Source of the DNA: an uncultured Lachnospiraceae bacterium
Lineage (GTDB): Bacteria; Bacillota; Clostridia; UBA1381
Direction of reading: 5' to 3'
Length of the DNA: 64,000 bases
Assembly (NCBI GenBank): GCA_964530315.1
Contig: CAZGZZ010000003.1
Coordinates: 6,033 to 70,032, forward strand
Position 1 is the stretch's first letter. Every line of letters begins with the position of its first letter. Position numbers and translations under genes: made by a program. Positions 8,872-18,408 of the stretch are shown here, piece by piece. Under the pieces are notes generated by a model. That model ran no database searches and was not told the origin of the DNA. It saw only the letters and a list, made by a program, of their open reading frames with translations.

Positions 8872-11800
8872 ATGACAAAACGATTTTTAAGCATACTGAT
8901 TGTACTGTGTATGGTAATGTCGATTGCACCTATTGGTATATCGGCGGCAGGCGGTACGGGATTTACCGTTAATTCGGTGTCTTTGGTTGGCACCCTTGTG
9001 GATCGTATAGGCTGGGATTCGTCTAATTCTTTAAACCGTATGACAGAAACATCAGAGAATGTTTATGAAAAAACCTATAACAATATAGAAGCATATAATA
9101 ATTATGAGTTTAAATTTGCAATTAACGATAGTTGGTTGGAAACATTCACCGGGAGTATCGATTCGGAGAAGCTTTTCTATATAGATTCCGTTGATACTGG
9201 AATGTATGATAATATTAATTTTAGCGTAAAACAGGACAATTCTACGGTCAAAGTTGTTTTTGATTTGACGAATTTTGATTATTCGACAAAAAAAGGTGCA
9301 ATATATAAAGTATTTGTCAACGGTGTTCAAGTAAACGGGGCAAAGAACATTAGAATAGGTGCAACGGCAATTTCGGGATATGATAATATAACGGGTTATG
9401 ATTATATCTATTACGGAGCATATCAGCAAAATACTTATATTCCGACACTAACACCCGACAATCCGGAAGAAAATATTGTTTATACAGACACGGACGCAAA
9501 CAACACAAAATTTGTATATCGTTCGGGCAGTTATTATAAATATGAACCTATCAAATGGCGAATATTGGATACAAAAACAAACATGAACAATGCCGTAGAG
9601 GGCGACGGACTATTCCTGTTGTCCGAACTGTTGTTCGGCAGTGTTTATTTTCAGGAGAATATACATAATTTCAACGCTAAATTTCATAAAGGTATATTTC
9701 CTTCCGATGGTGATCACACAAATTGCCGTCTAATGAACGAGTGGCAAGACAGTGATGCACAAAGTTGGTGTAATAACTTTTACAAAAATAACTTGACAAA
9801 GCAGGAACAGAATATGGTTTTGTCAACAACAAAAAGTGATGTAGCATATACAAGCAGTAATTCATATAGAATCTCATATGCCGCTTCCGAATTAAGCAAC
9901 GAAAAGGTCTTTTTATTGTCAGCTAAAGAAGTGGAAACGGCAAATTACGGATTTACAAATGATGCAATGCGTGTTGCCAAGTCCGGCAATAGTGCCGGCT
10001 TTTGGTGGCTTCGTTCCCCTGTCTCGAGTAATACAAATTGTGCAGGATATGTCACTGCTTATGGCATTGTTCATATGTACGATTGGTATGCCATGTCAGC
10101 TCGTCCCGCTTTTAACTTAAATTCGTCATCAATTCTATTCACTTCTGCAGCAGTTGGCGGAAAAGCATCAACTCCGACAAGTGCAGATTTGGGAATTAAG
10201 AAAAATGTTATTTTGAGCACACCGGAGAATATATTAAAGCTCACAATGCTTGATTCTGATACGGAGCGTAATTCTTTCACAATAAAAGATGCGGAAAATC
10301 CCACATCTTCAACAATCGCAAAATCACAAGGGCAAACTGTTACAATCAATTATGAAAATGCGGTAACGGGAACAAATGAATATATTTCGGCAATGATTGT
10401 CAATGATTCAAATGAAGTTACATATTACGGACAGCTCAAAAACATAAAAACTGCCGATGATGAAAGCGGAACAGTAAGCTTTTCGATTCCCGATGATTTT
10501 GAGAGCGGTTCTTATAAATTACATATTTTTAATGAACAGATAAACGGTGATTATCATACAGACTTTTCAAGCGGATTTAAAACATTGAAACTGAATGTCA
10601 AAAAAAATCTCACACCGGACGATTTTATATTCACACCGCCTTCAGCGTCCGAATTAAACTATGATGGCAATGCAAAAACAGTTACCGTTGTTCCTAAGTC
10701 GTGTATTGACGGTATCGGTACAATAAGCATAAAATATTTCAAGGACATTTATCATTTAACCGAGGCAAAAAACATAGGGACATATACTGTTAAGATTGAT
10801 GTTGGGGAGGGTATAAAATATTATTCCGCATCAGATTTAACAAAAGATGAATGGACATTTACGATTGAAAATATTTCTGATGCTGCGGATGATTTTTACT
10901 ATACTGTCAACACCGATAGCGTTACTATCACAGGCGTTAAGGACGACACAATAACAAGAGCAAAAATTCCTGCCGAAATTGAGGGTAAGCCCGTTACAAC
11001 AATAAAGCAACATGCATTTTTCAGATGTTTAAATCTTGTTGAGGTTCAAATACCCGACACTGTTAAAAAAATCGAAACAATGGCATTTTATTTTTGTAAA
11101 ATGCTTGAAACGGTAAATATTCCAAAGAGCGTAACAGAAATGGATGGTTTTTCGTTCTATTCGTGCAACAGTTTGAAAGCTTATGCGGTGGATAGCGAAA
11201 ATACAGTCTATTCAAGCAAGGACGGCGTTCTTTTCAACAAAGACGGCACAAAACTTGAAAAGTATCCAAACGCAAAAAGCGGAAGCTATACCATTCCCGA
11301 CGGAACAAAAGTCATAGAAGCAAATGCATTTTATGCGTCATCAAAGGTAAGCGATATAACGATACCGTCGTCGGTAGAGCTGATTGTGGGTAACCCATTT
11401 GCAAACGGTGTCAATATAAGTTCTATCACAGTAAGCGAACAAAATTCTTACTTTGCAAGTGTCGGCGGTGTGCTTTTTAACAAGGCAAAAGATAAACTTA
11501 TCGCATTCCCGAACGGAAAAAGCGGTATTTATGAAATTCCCGAATGTGTGGCAGAAATAGGAACGAGTGCTTTTAATTGCAGCAGCCGCTTAACGGAAGT
11601 GAAAATACCCGATACGGTTACGACGATAGGCGGATATGCATTTTCGGCTTGTTCAGGTTTGACAAAGATAAATATACCCGACGGTATAAGCGAAATAGGA
11701 AATTATACCTTCAACCGTTGTATAGCTCTTCAAAGCATATCTATTCCGGACACAGTGACAAAAATAGGCGATTATGCATTTTCTCAATGCTATTATCTGA

Positions 11801-13368
11801 CAAATATTGTTATTCCGCACAAGGTTACATCAATAGGAACAGAAGCATTTTCACATTGTGTAAGACTGAAAACCGTTGCAATACCGAACAGTGTTACTTC
11901 AATCGGAGAGAATGTATTCTTAAAAGACGAATTATGGATTGAAGAGGCAGAAAAGGACAATATTGTTAACTTGCAGGATATTTATTTTATCGGAACTCCC
12001 GATGAATGGAACGCCATAACTATTGATGCAAGCAATACGGGGATAGCTTCAAAGGTGATATATATCACTCATACTATTCCCGCCGATTTGACTTATGACA
12101 AAAATCCAAAAGAAGCAACTGTCAGTGCAAGCGTAAATGATATCGGAACAATTACAATTAAATATTATGACGAGAATGATGCATTAGTTGTCGGCTCACC
12201 GATAGATGCGGGAAAATATTCATTAAAAATAGATATCGCCGCAAGTGCAACTCACACGGCAATATCAAATGTTTATGTCGGAGAATTTACAATTGCTCCA
12301 CGCACCCCGACAATAGGTCAAAACGAACAGACCGTTGCCGAAATGAATCAAGGTGATATGCTTTCGCAGGCAAGCGTTACATACGCAAAAATATTCGGTC
12401 TTGACGGAGAGCTTGCAGGCACATATACATGGGATAACGACTCGGCTGTAATCTATAGCGACTGCGAAGCACCACTGACCTTTACTCCCGATGATAAAAA
12501 CTATACCCGGATTCCGTTAAAAGCTACGGTTCATGCATATCGCACCCGTTCACACAACACGACATCAAGCTTTACCGTCAGCTTTGAAACAAACGGAGCA
12601 GGAAAAATTTCAAGTCAGACGATTCAAAAGAACAACACGGCAACAGAACCTCCAAAACCAACCAAAGAGGGATATACTTTTGACGGCTGGTATTCAAACA
12701 AGAGTTTGACGGCAAAATATGATTTCTCCGAAAAAGTCATAAAGAATATTACACTTTATGCAAAATGGACGGCAGATGAAACTAAAACTCCGATAAGCGA
12801 TAATTGGAAAAATCCTTTTATTGATGTTAACGAAAATGATTGGTTCTTTGAATATGTGAAATATGTTGCCGAGAACGGATTGATGAACGGAATGAGCAAG
12901 AATACTTTTGAACCTCAAACTCTTATGTCGAGAGGAATGTTTGCTGTGACGATTTATCGTCTTGAGAATGAGCCGTCAATTTTAAACAAAAGTATTTCTT
13001 TTGAGGATGTTGCATCGGACAGCTACTATTTTGAAGCGACAAGCTGGGCACAGCAAAACGGTATTATAAACGGTGTTACAGACACAATGTTTGCTCCCGA
13101 TGAAAACATCACAAGAGAACAGATAGCTGTAATGCTGTACAGATATGCAAAATACAAGGAATACGACACATCGGTCGGAGAAGATACAAACATTCTTTCT
13201 TATACCGATTTTGACGAAATATCGGAATATGCAATTGAAGCAATGCAATATGCCGTTGGAAGCGGATTGATGACCGGCAGAACGCAAAACACACTAAATC
13301 CGAAAGAATTGGCAACAAGAGCAGAGCTTGCAACGATACTTCAAAGATTTGTTGAGTATAATAAATAA
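8872..13368 (+). CDS. 1498-aa multidomain cell-surface protein (signal peptide, DUF6273-like, BspA-type leucine-rich repeats, Listeria-Bacteroides repeat, three SLH domains)
   Basis: Signal peptide MTKRFLSILIVLCMVMSIAPIGISAAG. WWLRSP...RPAFNL core. About 23-aa repeats IPDTVTxIGxYAFxxCxxL across roughly nt 10940-11930. GYTFDGWY...LYAKW repeat. C-terminal SLH modules (FIDVNENDWFFEYVKYVAENGLMNG...). Confidence 0.85.
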   Translation: MTKRFLSILIVLCMVMSIAPIGISAAGGTGFTVNSVSLVGTLVDRIGWDSSNSLNRMTETSENVYEKTYNNIEAYNNYEFKFAINDSWLETFTGSIDSEKLFYIDSVDTGMYDNINFSVKQDNSTVKVVFDLTNFDYSTKKGAIYKVFVNGVQVNGAKNIRIGATAISGYDNITGYDYIYYGAYQQNTYIPTLTPDNPEENIVYTDTDANNTKFVYRSGSYYKYEPIKWRILDTKTNMNNAVEGDGLFLLSELLFGSVYFQENIHNFNAKFHKGIFPSDGDHTNCRLMNEWQDSDAQSWCNNFYKNNLTKQEQNMVLSTTKSDVAYTSSNSYRISYAASELSNEKVFLLSAKEVETANYGFTNDAMRVAKSGNSAGFWWLRSPVSSNTNCAGYVTAYGIVHMYDWYAMSARPAFNLNSSSILFTSAAVGGKASTPTSADLGIKKNVILSTPENILKLTMLDSDTERNSFTIKDAENPTSSTIAKSQGQTVTINYENAVTGTNEYISAMIVNDSNEVTYYGQLKNIKTADDESGTVSFSIPDDFESGSYKLHIFNEQINGDYHTDFSSGFKTLKLNVKKNLTPDDFIFTPPSASELNYDGNAKTVTVVPKSCIDGIGTISIKYFKDIYHLTEAKNIGTYTVKIDVGEGIKYYSASDLTKDEWTFTIENISDAADDFYYTVNTDSVTITGVKDDTITRAKIPAEIEGKPVTTIKQHAFFRCLNLVEVQIPDTVKKIETMAFYFCKMLETVNIPKSVTEMDGFSFYSCNSLKAYAVDSENTVYSSKDGVLFNKDGTKLEKYPNAKSGSYTIPDGTKVIEANAFYASSKVSDITIPSSVELIVGNPFANGVNISSITVSEQNSYFASVGGVLFNKAKDKLIAFPNGKSGIYEIPECVAEIGTSAFNCSSRLTEVKIPDTVTTIGGYAFSACSGLTKINIPDGISEIGNYTFNRCIALQSISIPDTVTKIGDYAFSQCYYLTNIVIPHKVTSIGTEAFSHCVRLKTVAIPNSVTSIGENVFLKDELWIEEAEKDNIVNLQDIYFIGTPDEWNAITIDASNTGIASKVIYITHTIPADLTYDKNPKEATVSASVNDIGTITIKYYDENDALVVGSPIDAGKYSLKIDIAASATHTAISNVYVGEFTIAPRTPTIGQNEQTVAEMNQGDMLSQASVTYAKIFGLDGELAGTYTWDNDSAVIYSDCEAPLTFTPDDKNYTRIPLKATVHAYRTRSHNTTSSFTVSFETNGAGKISSQTIQKNNTATEPPKPTKEGYTFDGWYSNKSLTAKYDFSEKVIKNITLYAKWTADETKTPISDNWKNPFIDVNENDWFFEYVKYVAENGLMNGMSKNTFEPQTLMSRGMFAVTIYRLENEPSILNKSISFEDVASDSYYFEATSWAQQNGIINGVTDTMFAPDENITREQIAVMLYRYAKYKEYDTSVGEDTNILSYTDFDEISEYAIEAMQYAVGSGLMTGRTQNTLNPKELATRAELATILQRFVEYNK

Positions 13369-13469
13369 AAATTATCTGTAAAAGCAATTAATGAAACCTT
13401 TGTGCAATGCATATGATATAAACTGAACACAGAAAAGAGTGATATAAGCACAAAAGTCAGATTTTTTGT

Positions 13470-13504
13470 AGCGTAGCGGTTTTAATGACTGCTACGCTTT
13501 TTTT
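13470..13504 (+). terminator. rho-independent terminator
   Basis: Stem AGCGTAGC / GCTACGCT with a 13-nt loop, followed by TTTTTTT. Confidence 0.7.
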
Positions 13505-13607
13505 GTCAAGGTGTTGAGATAATGTATATCGGTCTCATATACTTTTGTTCATTGGTATTTGAGGGTTATAAATAAATTCTTTGCTTTAGAAAATTTTTTG
13601 TATTGTA

Positions 13608-13636
13608 TTGACAAAGGTAATTTTTTGTAATATAAT
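13608..13636 (+). promoter_or_regulatory. sigma-A-type promoter of the GntR-ABC operon
   Basis: TTGACA, 17-nt spacer, TATAAT (consensus hexamers). Confidence 0.7.
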
Positions 13637-13638
13637 GA

Positions 13639-13670
13639 TATTAATGTATTAAGTGAATAATACATTAATA
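13639..13670. promoter_or_regulatory. 13-bp-arm inverted repeat, candidate YtrA/GntR auto-operator
   Basis: TATTAATGTATTA - 6 nt - TAATACATTAATA lies immediately downstream of the -10 box and upstream of the GntR start. Confidence 0.55.
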
Positions 13671-13685
13671 CGAGGAGGTGGCGAT

Positions 13686-14036
13686 ATGAATTATGAATGG
13701 CATTTTTCGGATGACAAACCGATATATTCCCAAATTGTTGAGCAATTTCAAGTGTTGATAGTGTCCGGAAAGCTTTTGCCGGGTGATAAATTGATGTCGG
13801 TTCGTGATTTGGCGTGCAGTGCACAAGTCAATCCAAACACTATGATGAGAGCTTTGGGAGAGCTTGAAAACAGAAAACTTATAATTTCACACAGAGTAAA
13901 CGGAAAAACGGTTACCGAAGATATGGATTTGATAAAAAAATTAAAATCTGAGCTTGCTAAAAAGGTAATAGATGAATTTATTGAAGGTATGGAAAAGCTC
14001 GGCTTTTCAAGGGAAGAACTTTTGAAAATGATTTAA
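13686..14036 (+). CDS. GntR family transcriptional regulator, YtrA subfamily
   Basis: KPIYSQIVEQFQVLIVSGKLLPGDKLMSVRDLACSAQVNPNTMMRALGELE is a winged-HTH GntR pattern. The short (~116 aa) YtrA-type length fits. ATG at 13686 is preceded by GAGGAGG. Confidence 0.85.
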   Translation: MNYEWHFSDDKPIYSQIVEQFQVLIVSGKLLPGDKLMSVRDLACSAQVNPNTMMRALGELENRKLIISHRVNGKTVTEDMDLIKKLKSELAKKVIDEFIEGMEKLGFSREELLKMI

Positions 14037-14049
14037 GGAGGTATTATAT

Positions 14050-14751
14050 ATGAGTGAATATATTTTGGAATGTAATAATCTTACAAAAAAATTCGGGATA
14101 AAAAAAGCACTTGATAATGTATCACTATCAATAGGAAGAGGAAAGATAATAGGTCTTTTGGGCCCGAACGGAAGCGGTAAAACAACACTTATAAAAACCG
14201 CAAACGGATTGACAGAACCGACATTCGGTGAAATATTGATTGATGGTAAAGCACCGGGATACGAAACAAAAGCCAAGGTTTCATACCTGCCTGACAAAAA
14301 CTGTTTGAGTGACAAGATGAGTGTTGCGGAACTTATTAAAATGTTTGAGGATTTTTATAAGGATTTTGATTCAAAAAAAGCATATGGTATGATTGGAAAT
14401 CTAAATATCAATCCAAAGGACAAATTTAAGACGCTTTCCAAGGGAAATAAGGAAAAAGTTCAGTTGATATTGGTGATGTCAAGAAATGCGGAGCTTTATT
14501 TACTGGATGAGCCGATTGGAGGCGTTGACCCGGCAACGAGAGATTATATTTTGGACAGCATAATAAGCAACTACTCCGAAAGCGGTACTGTGATAATATC
14601 GACACATCTTATATCTGATGTTGAGAAGGTTCTCGATGAGGTTATATTTATAAAGGACGGAAAAATTTTGTTGCACGATAGTGTTGATGATTTGCGTGAG
14701 CGTGAGGGAAAAAGTGTTGACGAAGTATTTAGGGAGGTATTCAAATGTTAG
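14050..14751 (+). CDS. ABC transporter ATP-binding protein
   Basis: Walker A GPNGSGKTT, signature-like LSKGNKEKV and Walker B LYLLDEP. Confidence 0.9.
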   Translation: MSEYILECNNLTKKFGIKKALDNVSLSIGRGKIIGLLGPNGSGKTTLIKTANGLTEPTFGEILIDGKAPGYETKAKVSYLPDKNCLSDKMSVAELIKMFEDFYKDFDSKKAYGMIGNLNINPKDKFKTLSKGNKEKVQLILVMSRNAELYLLDEPIGGVDPATRDYILDSIISNYSESGTVIISTHLISDVEKVLDEVIFIKDGKILLHDSVDDLREREGKSVDEVFREVFKC

Positions 14752-15569
14752 GAAAGCTTATAAAATATGAATTTAAGTCAACGGGAAAATTTATGCTGTT
14801 GATGTATGCTTTATTGATTGCACTTTCGTCAATGATGTCTGTCGGATTGGCGTTAAATCTTGATGAAGTATTTTCGGCTCTTACCGACAGATTTGATATC
14901 GGCGGTTTGATAATCAGACTGTTTGTCTTTTTGGTTGTTGTGGTGTTCGTGATACTTAATTTTGTGGTGATTTGCGGAATGTTTTTTTATGCAATAAGCA
15001 GATTTAAAAATAATTTGCTCGGAGATGAGGGATATCTTATGCATACGATTCCGGTTAAGGTAGGAGATAACATTTTGTCAAAGGCTATAGTCTCTGTTAT
15101 TTGGACAGTGACAGGATTTTTGGTTGCTGTGCTTTCATATTTTATTCTCTTTTTGGGAGTTGTCGGAACGGATATTTTCGGAAATGTTTCGGAAGCTTTT
15201 GCAATGATTAGTTGGAGCAATGTAAATGTTTTTGAATTTGCAGCTATTATGATTGAAATGTGTTTGACAGTGCTGATTGCTATAGTTAATATTTATTTTA
15301 ACATCTACGCAAGTATGGCAATAGGTTATTCGGCAGATACTCACAGAACAGCAAAATCAATAGGTGCTTTTATACTGTTGCAAATGGCGACAAATATTTT
15401 TGAAGTTTTTACGCTGACGCCATTTCAGTTGTTAGGAACAGATACATCTTTTTTGGTAGGCGGTATTCATATATCTTTATGGTATGCGATAATTGTTAAT
15501 TTAGTAGAAACCGTTGCATTTTATTTGATAACACATTATTTTTTGAGTAAAAAGCTTAATTTGCAATAA
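14745..15569 (+). CDS. ABC-associated integral membrane protein (putative permease)
   Basis: About 6 hydrophobic segments. A 7-nt overlap with the ATPase gene suggests translational coupling. Confidence 0.7.
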   Translation: MLGKLIKYEFKSTGKFMLLMYALLIALSSMMSVGLALNLDEVFSALTDRFDIGGLIIRLFVFLVVVVFVILNFVVICGMFFYAISRFKNNLLGDEGYLMHTIPVKVGDNILSKAIVSVIWTVTGFLVAVLSYFILFLGVVGTDIFGNVSEAFAMISWSNVNVFEFAAIMIEMCLTVLIAIVNIYFNIYASMAIGYSADTHRTAKSIGAFILLQMATNIFEVFTLTPFQLLGTDTSFLVGGIHISLWYAIIVNLVETVAFYLITHYFLSKKLNLQ

Positions 15570-15583
15570 AGGATAGAAATTTT

Positions 15584-16267
15584 ATGAGAAAGAACAGAAA
15601 ATTTTCGGGATATATTGTTGCCGCCGCAGTTTTTTTCCTTATCGGATATTTTTCAAGAAGCAGCACGCTTTTTGAAAAAATCGAAATTGATAACATACCC
15701 GAATATTCGGGAAGTCCTTATGTTGAGTTAAATGGGAATATTCCGCATTTCGATGAGTCGGACTATTCCGATGATTCTTATGAAAGATACGGAGATTTGG
15801 ACGATTTGGGAAGATGTACAGCTGCAACGGCATTAATCGGCAGAGATATAATGCCCGAAGAGGAAAGAGGTAAAATCGGACAGATAAAACCGACAGGCTG
15901 GCAGATTGCAAAATATGATTTTGTTGACGGAAAATATCTGTATAACAGATGTCATTTGATAGGATACCAGCTTGCGGGAGAAAATGCAAACGAAAAAAAT
16001 CTGATTACCGGAACAAGATATATGAATGTTGACGGAATGCTTCCGTTTGAAAATGAAGTGGCGGAATATGTTAGAAATACGGATAATCATGTTCTCTACA
16101 GAGTTACGCCGATTTTTAGCGGCAACAATCTTTTGGCTGAAGGCGTTGTTATGGAAGCGTTGTCGGTTGAGGATAAAGGTAAGGGTGTTTGTTTTAATGT
16201 CTTTTGCTATAATGTTCAGCCGGGAGTTTTGATTGATTATGCAACGGGAAAGAATATGAAAAAATAA
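15584..16267 (+). CDS. membrane-anchored DNA/RNA non-specific endonuclease (EndA / DNA-entry nuclease-like)
   Basis: N-terminal anchor YIVAAAVFFLIGYF. The core NRCHLIGYQLAGENANEKNLITGTRYMN resembles the Endonuclease_NS_2 family. Only 14 nt separate it from the permease gene. Confidence 0.8.
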   Translation: MRKNRKFSGYIVAAAVFFLIGYFSRSSTLFEKIEIDNIPEYSGSPYVELNGNIPHFDESDYSDDSYERYGDLDDLGRCTAATALIGRDIMPEEERGKIGQIKPTGWQIAKYDFVDGKYLYNRCHLIGYQLAGENANEKNLITGTRYMNVDGMLPFENEVAEYVRNTDNHVLYRVTPIFSGNNLLAEGVVMEALSVEDKGKGVCFNVFCYNVQPGVLIDYATGKNMKK

Positions 16268-16278
16268 AAAATTGCATT

Positions 16279-16311
16279 CCGCAAGATTTGAGATGGTCTT
16301 GCGGATTTTTA
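16279..16311 (+). terminator. rho-independent terminator after the nuclease gene
   Basis: Stem CCGCAAGA / TCTTGCGG followed by ATTTTTATT. Confidence 0.7.
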
Positions 16312-16316
16312 TTGCA

Positions 16317-16345
16317 CAAAAAAAGCCGAAACATTCGTTTCGGCT
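16317..16345 (-). terminator. rho-independent terminator after tRNA-Gly
   Basis: Stem AGCCGAAAC / GTTTCGGCT with a 4-nt loop. The plus-strand A run gives a T run on the minus strand. Confidence 0.7.
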
Positions 16346-16420
16346 TGGAGCGGAAGACGAGATTCGAACTCGCGACGTTCACCTTGGCAAGGTGACGCTC
16401 TACCACTGAGCCACTCCCGC
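16346..16420 (-). tRNA. tRNA-Gly (anticodon GCC), CCA encoded
   Basis: The reverse complement GCGGGAGTGGCTCAGTGGTAGAGCGTCACCTTGCCAAGGTGAACGTCGCGAGTTCGAATCTCGTCTTCCGCTCCA folds as a cloverleaf. Features: 7-bp acceptor stem, GCTC/GAGC D stem, anticodon loop TTGCCAA and T loop TTCGAAT. Confidence 0.93.
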
Positions 16421-16435
16421 ACAACTTATGCACAT

Positions 16436-16464
16436 ATTTTAACACATTTTGGGGTGAATGTCAA
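16436..16464 (-). promoter_or_regulatory. sigma-A-type promoter of tRNA-Gly
   Basis: On the minus strand: TTGACA, 17-nt spacer, TAAAAT with a TGT extended -10, about 15 nt upstream of the mature tRNA 5' end. Confidence 0.65.
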
Positions 16465-16501
16465 TAGTTTTTATTAAAATAATAATAAAATCAACGATTG
16501 A

Positions 16502-16530
16502 TTGACTTTTCATCGATAAAATGTTATACT
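16502..16530 (+). promoter_or_regulatory. sigma-A-type promoter of the radical SAM pair
   Basis: TTGACT, 17-nt spacer, TATACT. Confidence 0.65.
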
Positions 16531-16566
16531 AATAACACAAAATTTATTTAAAAAGGAACATAAAAT

Positions 16567-18408
16567 ATGCCATTTTCAGAAAGAGAAAAAATATTAAAAA
16601 ATGTTGAAAAACCGACAAGATACACAGGTCAGGAATTGAATATGTGTATAAAAGACCCAAAGACTGTTGATGTAAGATTTGGATTTTGCTTTCCCGATGT
16701 ATATGAGATAGCAATGTCACATTTGGGACTGAAAATTTTGTATCATGTATTGAATTTGAGAAATGATACATACTGCGAAAGAGTTTTTGCACCCTGGGTT
16801 GATATGGAAGAGGAAATGCGAAAAAGAGGGTTGAAACTTTTCGGACTTGAATCCGGTGATGAAATAAATACTTTTGATATGATCGGATTTACGCTTCAAT
16901 ATGAAATGAGTTATTCCAATATCATCAATATGTTAGACCTTGCCGGAATACCGCTTTTGACAAAGGACAGAGATCTTTGCGACCCGTTTGTCTGTGCCGG
17001 AGGTCCTTGTGCGTATAATGCAGAGCCTATTGCAGATGCTGTTGATTTCTTTATGCTCGGTGAGGGTGAAGAGATTATATGCGAAGTAATCGATGTATAT
17101 AAGGAATGGAAAAAGGACGAAAACAGAACGAGAAAATCTTATCTTGAAAAAATAGCCGGAATTGAGGGAATTTATGTTCCGTCATTTTACGATATCGAAT
17201 ATAATGAGGATTTCACCGTAAAGAGTATAAAACCGAATAATCCTGCGGCAAAGCCTACAATCAAAAAGAGAATTATGACGGATTTTGACAGTGCACCGAC
17301 ACCGGATAAGGTTATAGTACCTTACGGTGATATTGTGCACGACAGAATTATGCTTGAAATTTTCAGAGGATGTATAAGAGGATGCCGTTTCTGCCAGGCA
17401 GGATATATTTACAGACCTGTAAGAGAAAGAAAGGTTGAAACTCTTACCTGTCTTGCAAATCGTCTTTTGGATTCAAGCGGATATGATGAAATTTCGCTCT
17501 CATCATTAAGTTCAAGCGATTACACGGGTTTGCCGGAGCTTACGGATAATCTTTTGAAAATTACCGAAAAGAAGAAAATCGGCTTATCACTTCCGTCACT
17601 GCGTATTGATAATTTCTCGCTTGAATTGATGAAAAAGGTTCAAAAGGTGAGAAAATCGGGAATAACCTTTGCACCCGAAGCCGGAACACAGAGATTGAGA
17701 GATGTAATCAACAAAAACATAAACGAGGACAATATATTGACATCGACCGAGATGCTTTTTAAGGGCGGATGGACAAATGTTAAGCTTTATTTTATGATAG
17801 GCTTGCCTACGGAAACATATGAAGATGTTGAGGGAATTGCCGAATTGTCTGCAAGAGTGCTTGATAAATATTTTGAAATTTCGAAAGAGGAAAGAGCAAA
17901 CAACATAAATATAACAGTCAGCACATCAAGCTTTATTCCGAAGCCTTTCACGGCATTCCAATGGTGCAGACAGGATACGAGGGAAGAAATCATAGAAAAG
18001 CAAAATCACTTAAAAGCATCTATAAAATCAAAGCGTATTCGTTACAGCTGGCACGACAACAAGACAAGCTATTTGGAGGGAGTCTTTGCAAGAGGTGACA
18101 GACGGTTGCTGGATGTTATCATAACAGCGGTTAAAAACGGATGCAGATTTGACGGCTGGAATGACCATTTTAAATTTGATATGTGGATGAAGAGCTTTGA
18201 AGAATGTGGAATTGATCCCGATTTTTACTTGCGTGAGCGTAGCATTGACGAAATCTTGCCGTGGGATCATATCGATATCGGCGTGACGAAAAAATTCTTT
18301 ATAAGAGAATATCAAAAATCACTTAAAGCGCAAACAACACCGAATTGCCGTGAAAAATGTGCCGGCTGCGGTGCAAATTGTTTCAAGACGGGAGTATGCT
18401 ATGAGTAA
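16567..18408 (+). CDS. B12-binding-domain radical SAM protein of unknown function (TIGR03960-like)
   Basis: Radical SAM cluster motif CIRGCRFCQAG (Cx3Cx2C). The 613-aa length and partner gene downstream fit the conserved uncharacterised pair. Confidence 0.85.
   Translation: MPFSEREKILKNVEKPTRYTGQELNMCIKDPKTVDVRFGFCFPDVYEIAMSHLGLKILYHVLNLRNDTYCERVFAPWVDMEEEMRKRGLKLFGLESGDEINTFDMIGFTLQYEMSYSNIINMLDLAGIPLLTKDRDLCDPFVCAGGPCAYNAEPIADAVDFFMLGEGEEIICEVIDVYKEWKKDENRTRKSYLEKIAGIEGIYVPSFYDIEYNEDFTVKSIKPNNPAAKPTIKKRIMTDFDSAPTPDKVIVPYGDIVHDRIMLEIFRGCIRGCRFCQAGYIYRPVRERKVETLTCLANRLLDSSGYDEISLSSLSSSDYTGLPELTDNLLKITEKKKIGLSLPSLRIDNFSLELMKKVQKVRKSGITFAPEAGTQRLRDVINKNINEDNILTSTEMLFKGGWTNVKLYFMIGLPTETYEDVEGIAELSARVLDKYFEISKEERANNINITVSTSSFIPKPFTAFQWCRQDTREEIIEKQNHLKASIKSKRIRYSWHDNKTSYLEGVFARGDRRLLDVIITAVKNGCRFDGWNDHFKFDMWMKSFEECGIDPDFYLRERSIDEILPWDHIDIGVTKKFFIREYQKSLKAQTTPNCREKCAGCGANCFKTGVCYE

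Noticed and set aside
11577-11942. 121-aa alternative-frame ORF inside the LRR region of the large surface protein
   Set aside because: It is embedded in the repetitive LRR coding block in another frame. Its translation is Arg/Tyr/Cys-rich and low-complexity, and it has no RBS. It is an artefact of repeat periodicity.
16268-16566. tRNA-Gly as an integration site flanking a genomic island
   Set aside because: No integrase, recombinase or phage/ICE genes lie on either side. I could not find a direct repeat of the tRNA 3' half nearby. The flanking genes are ordinary chromosomal genes with their own promoters and terminators.
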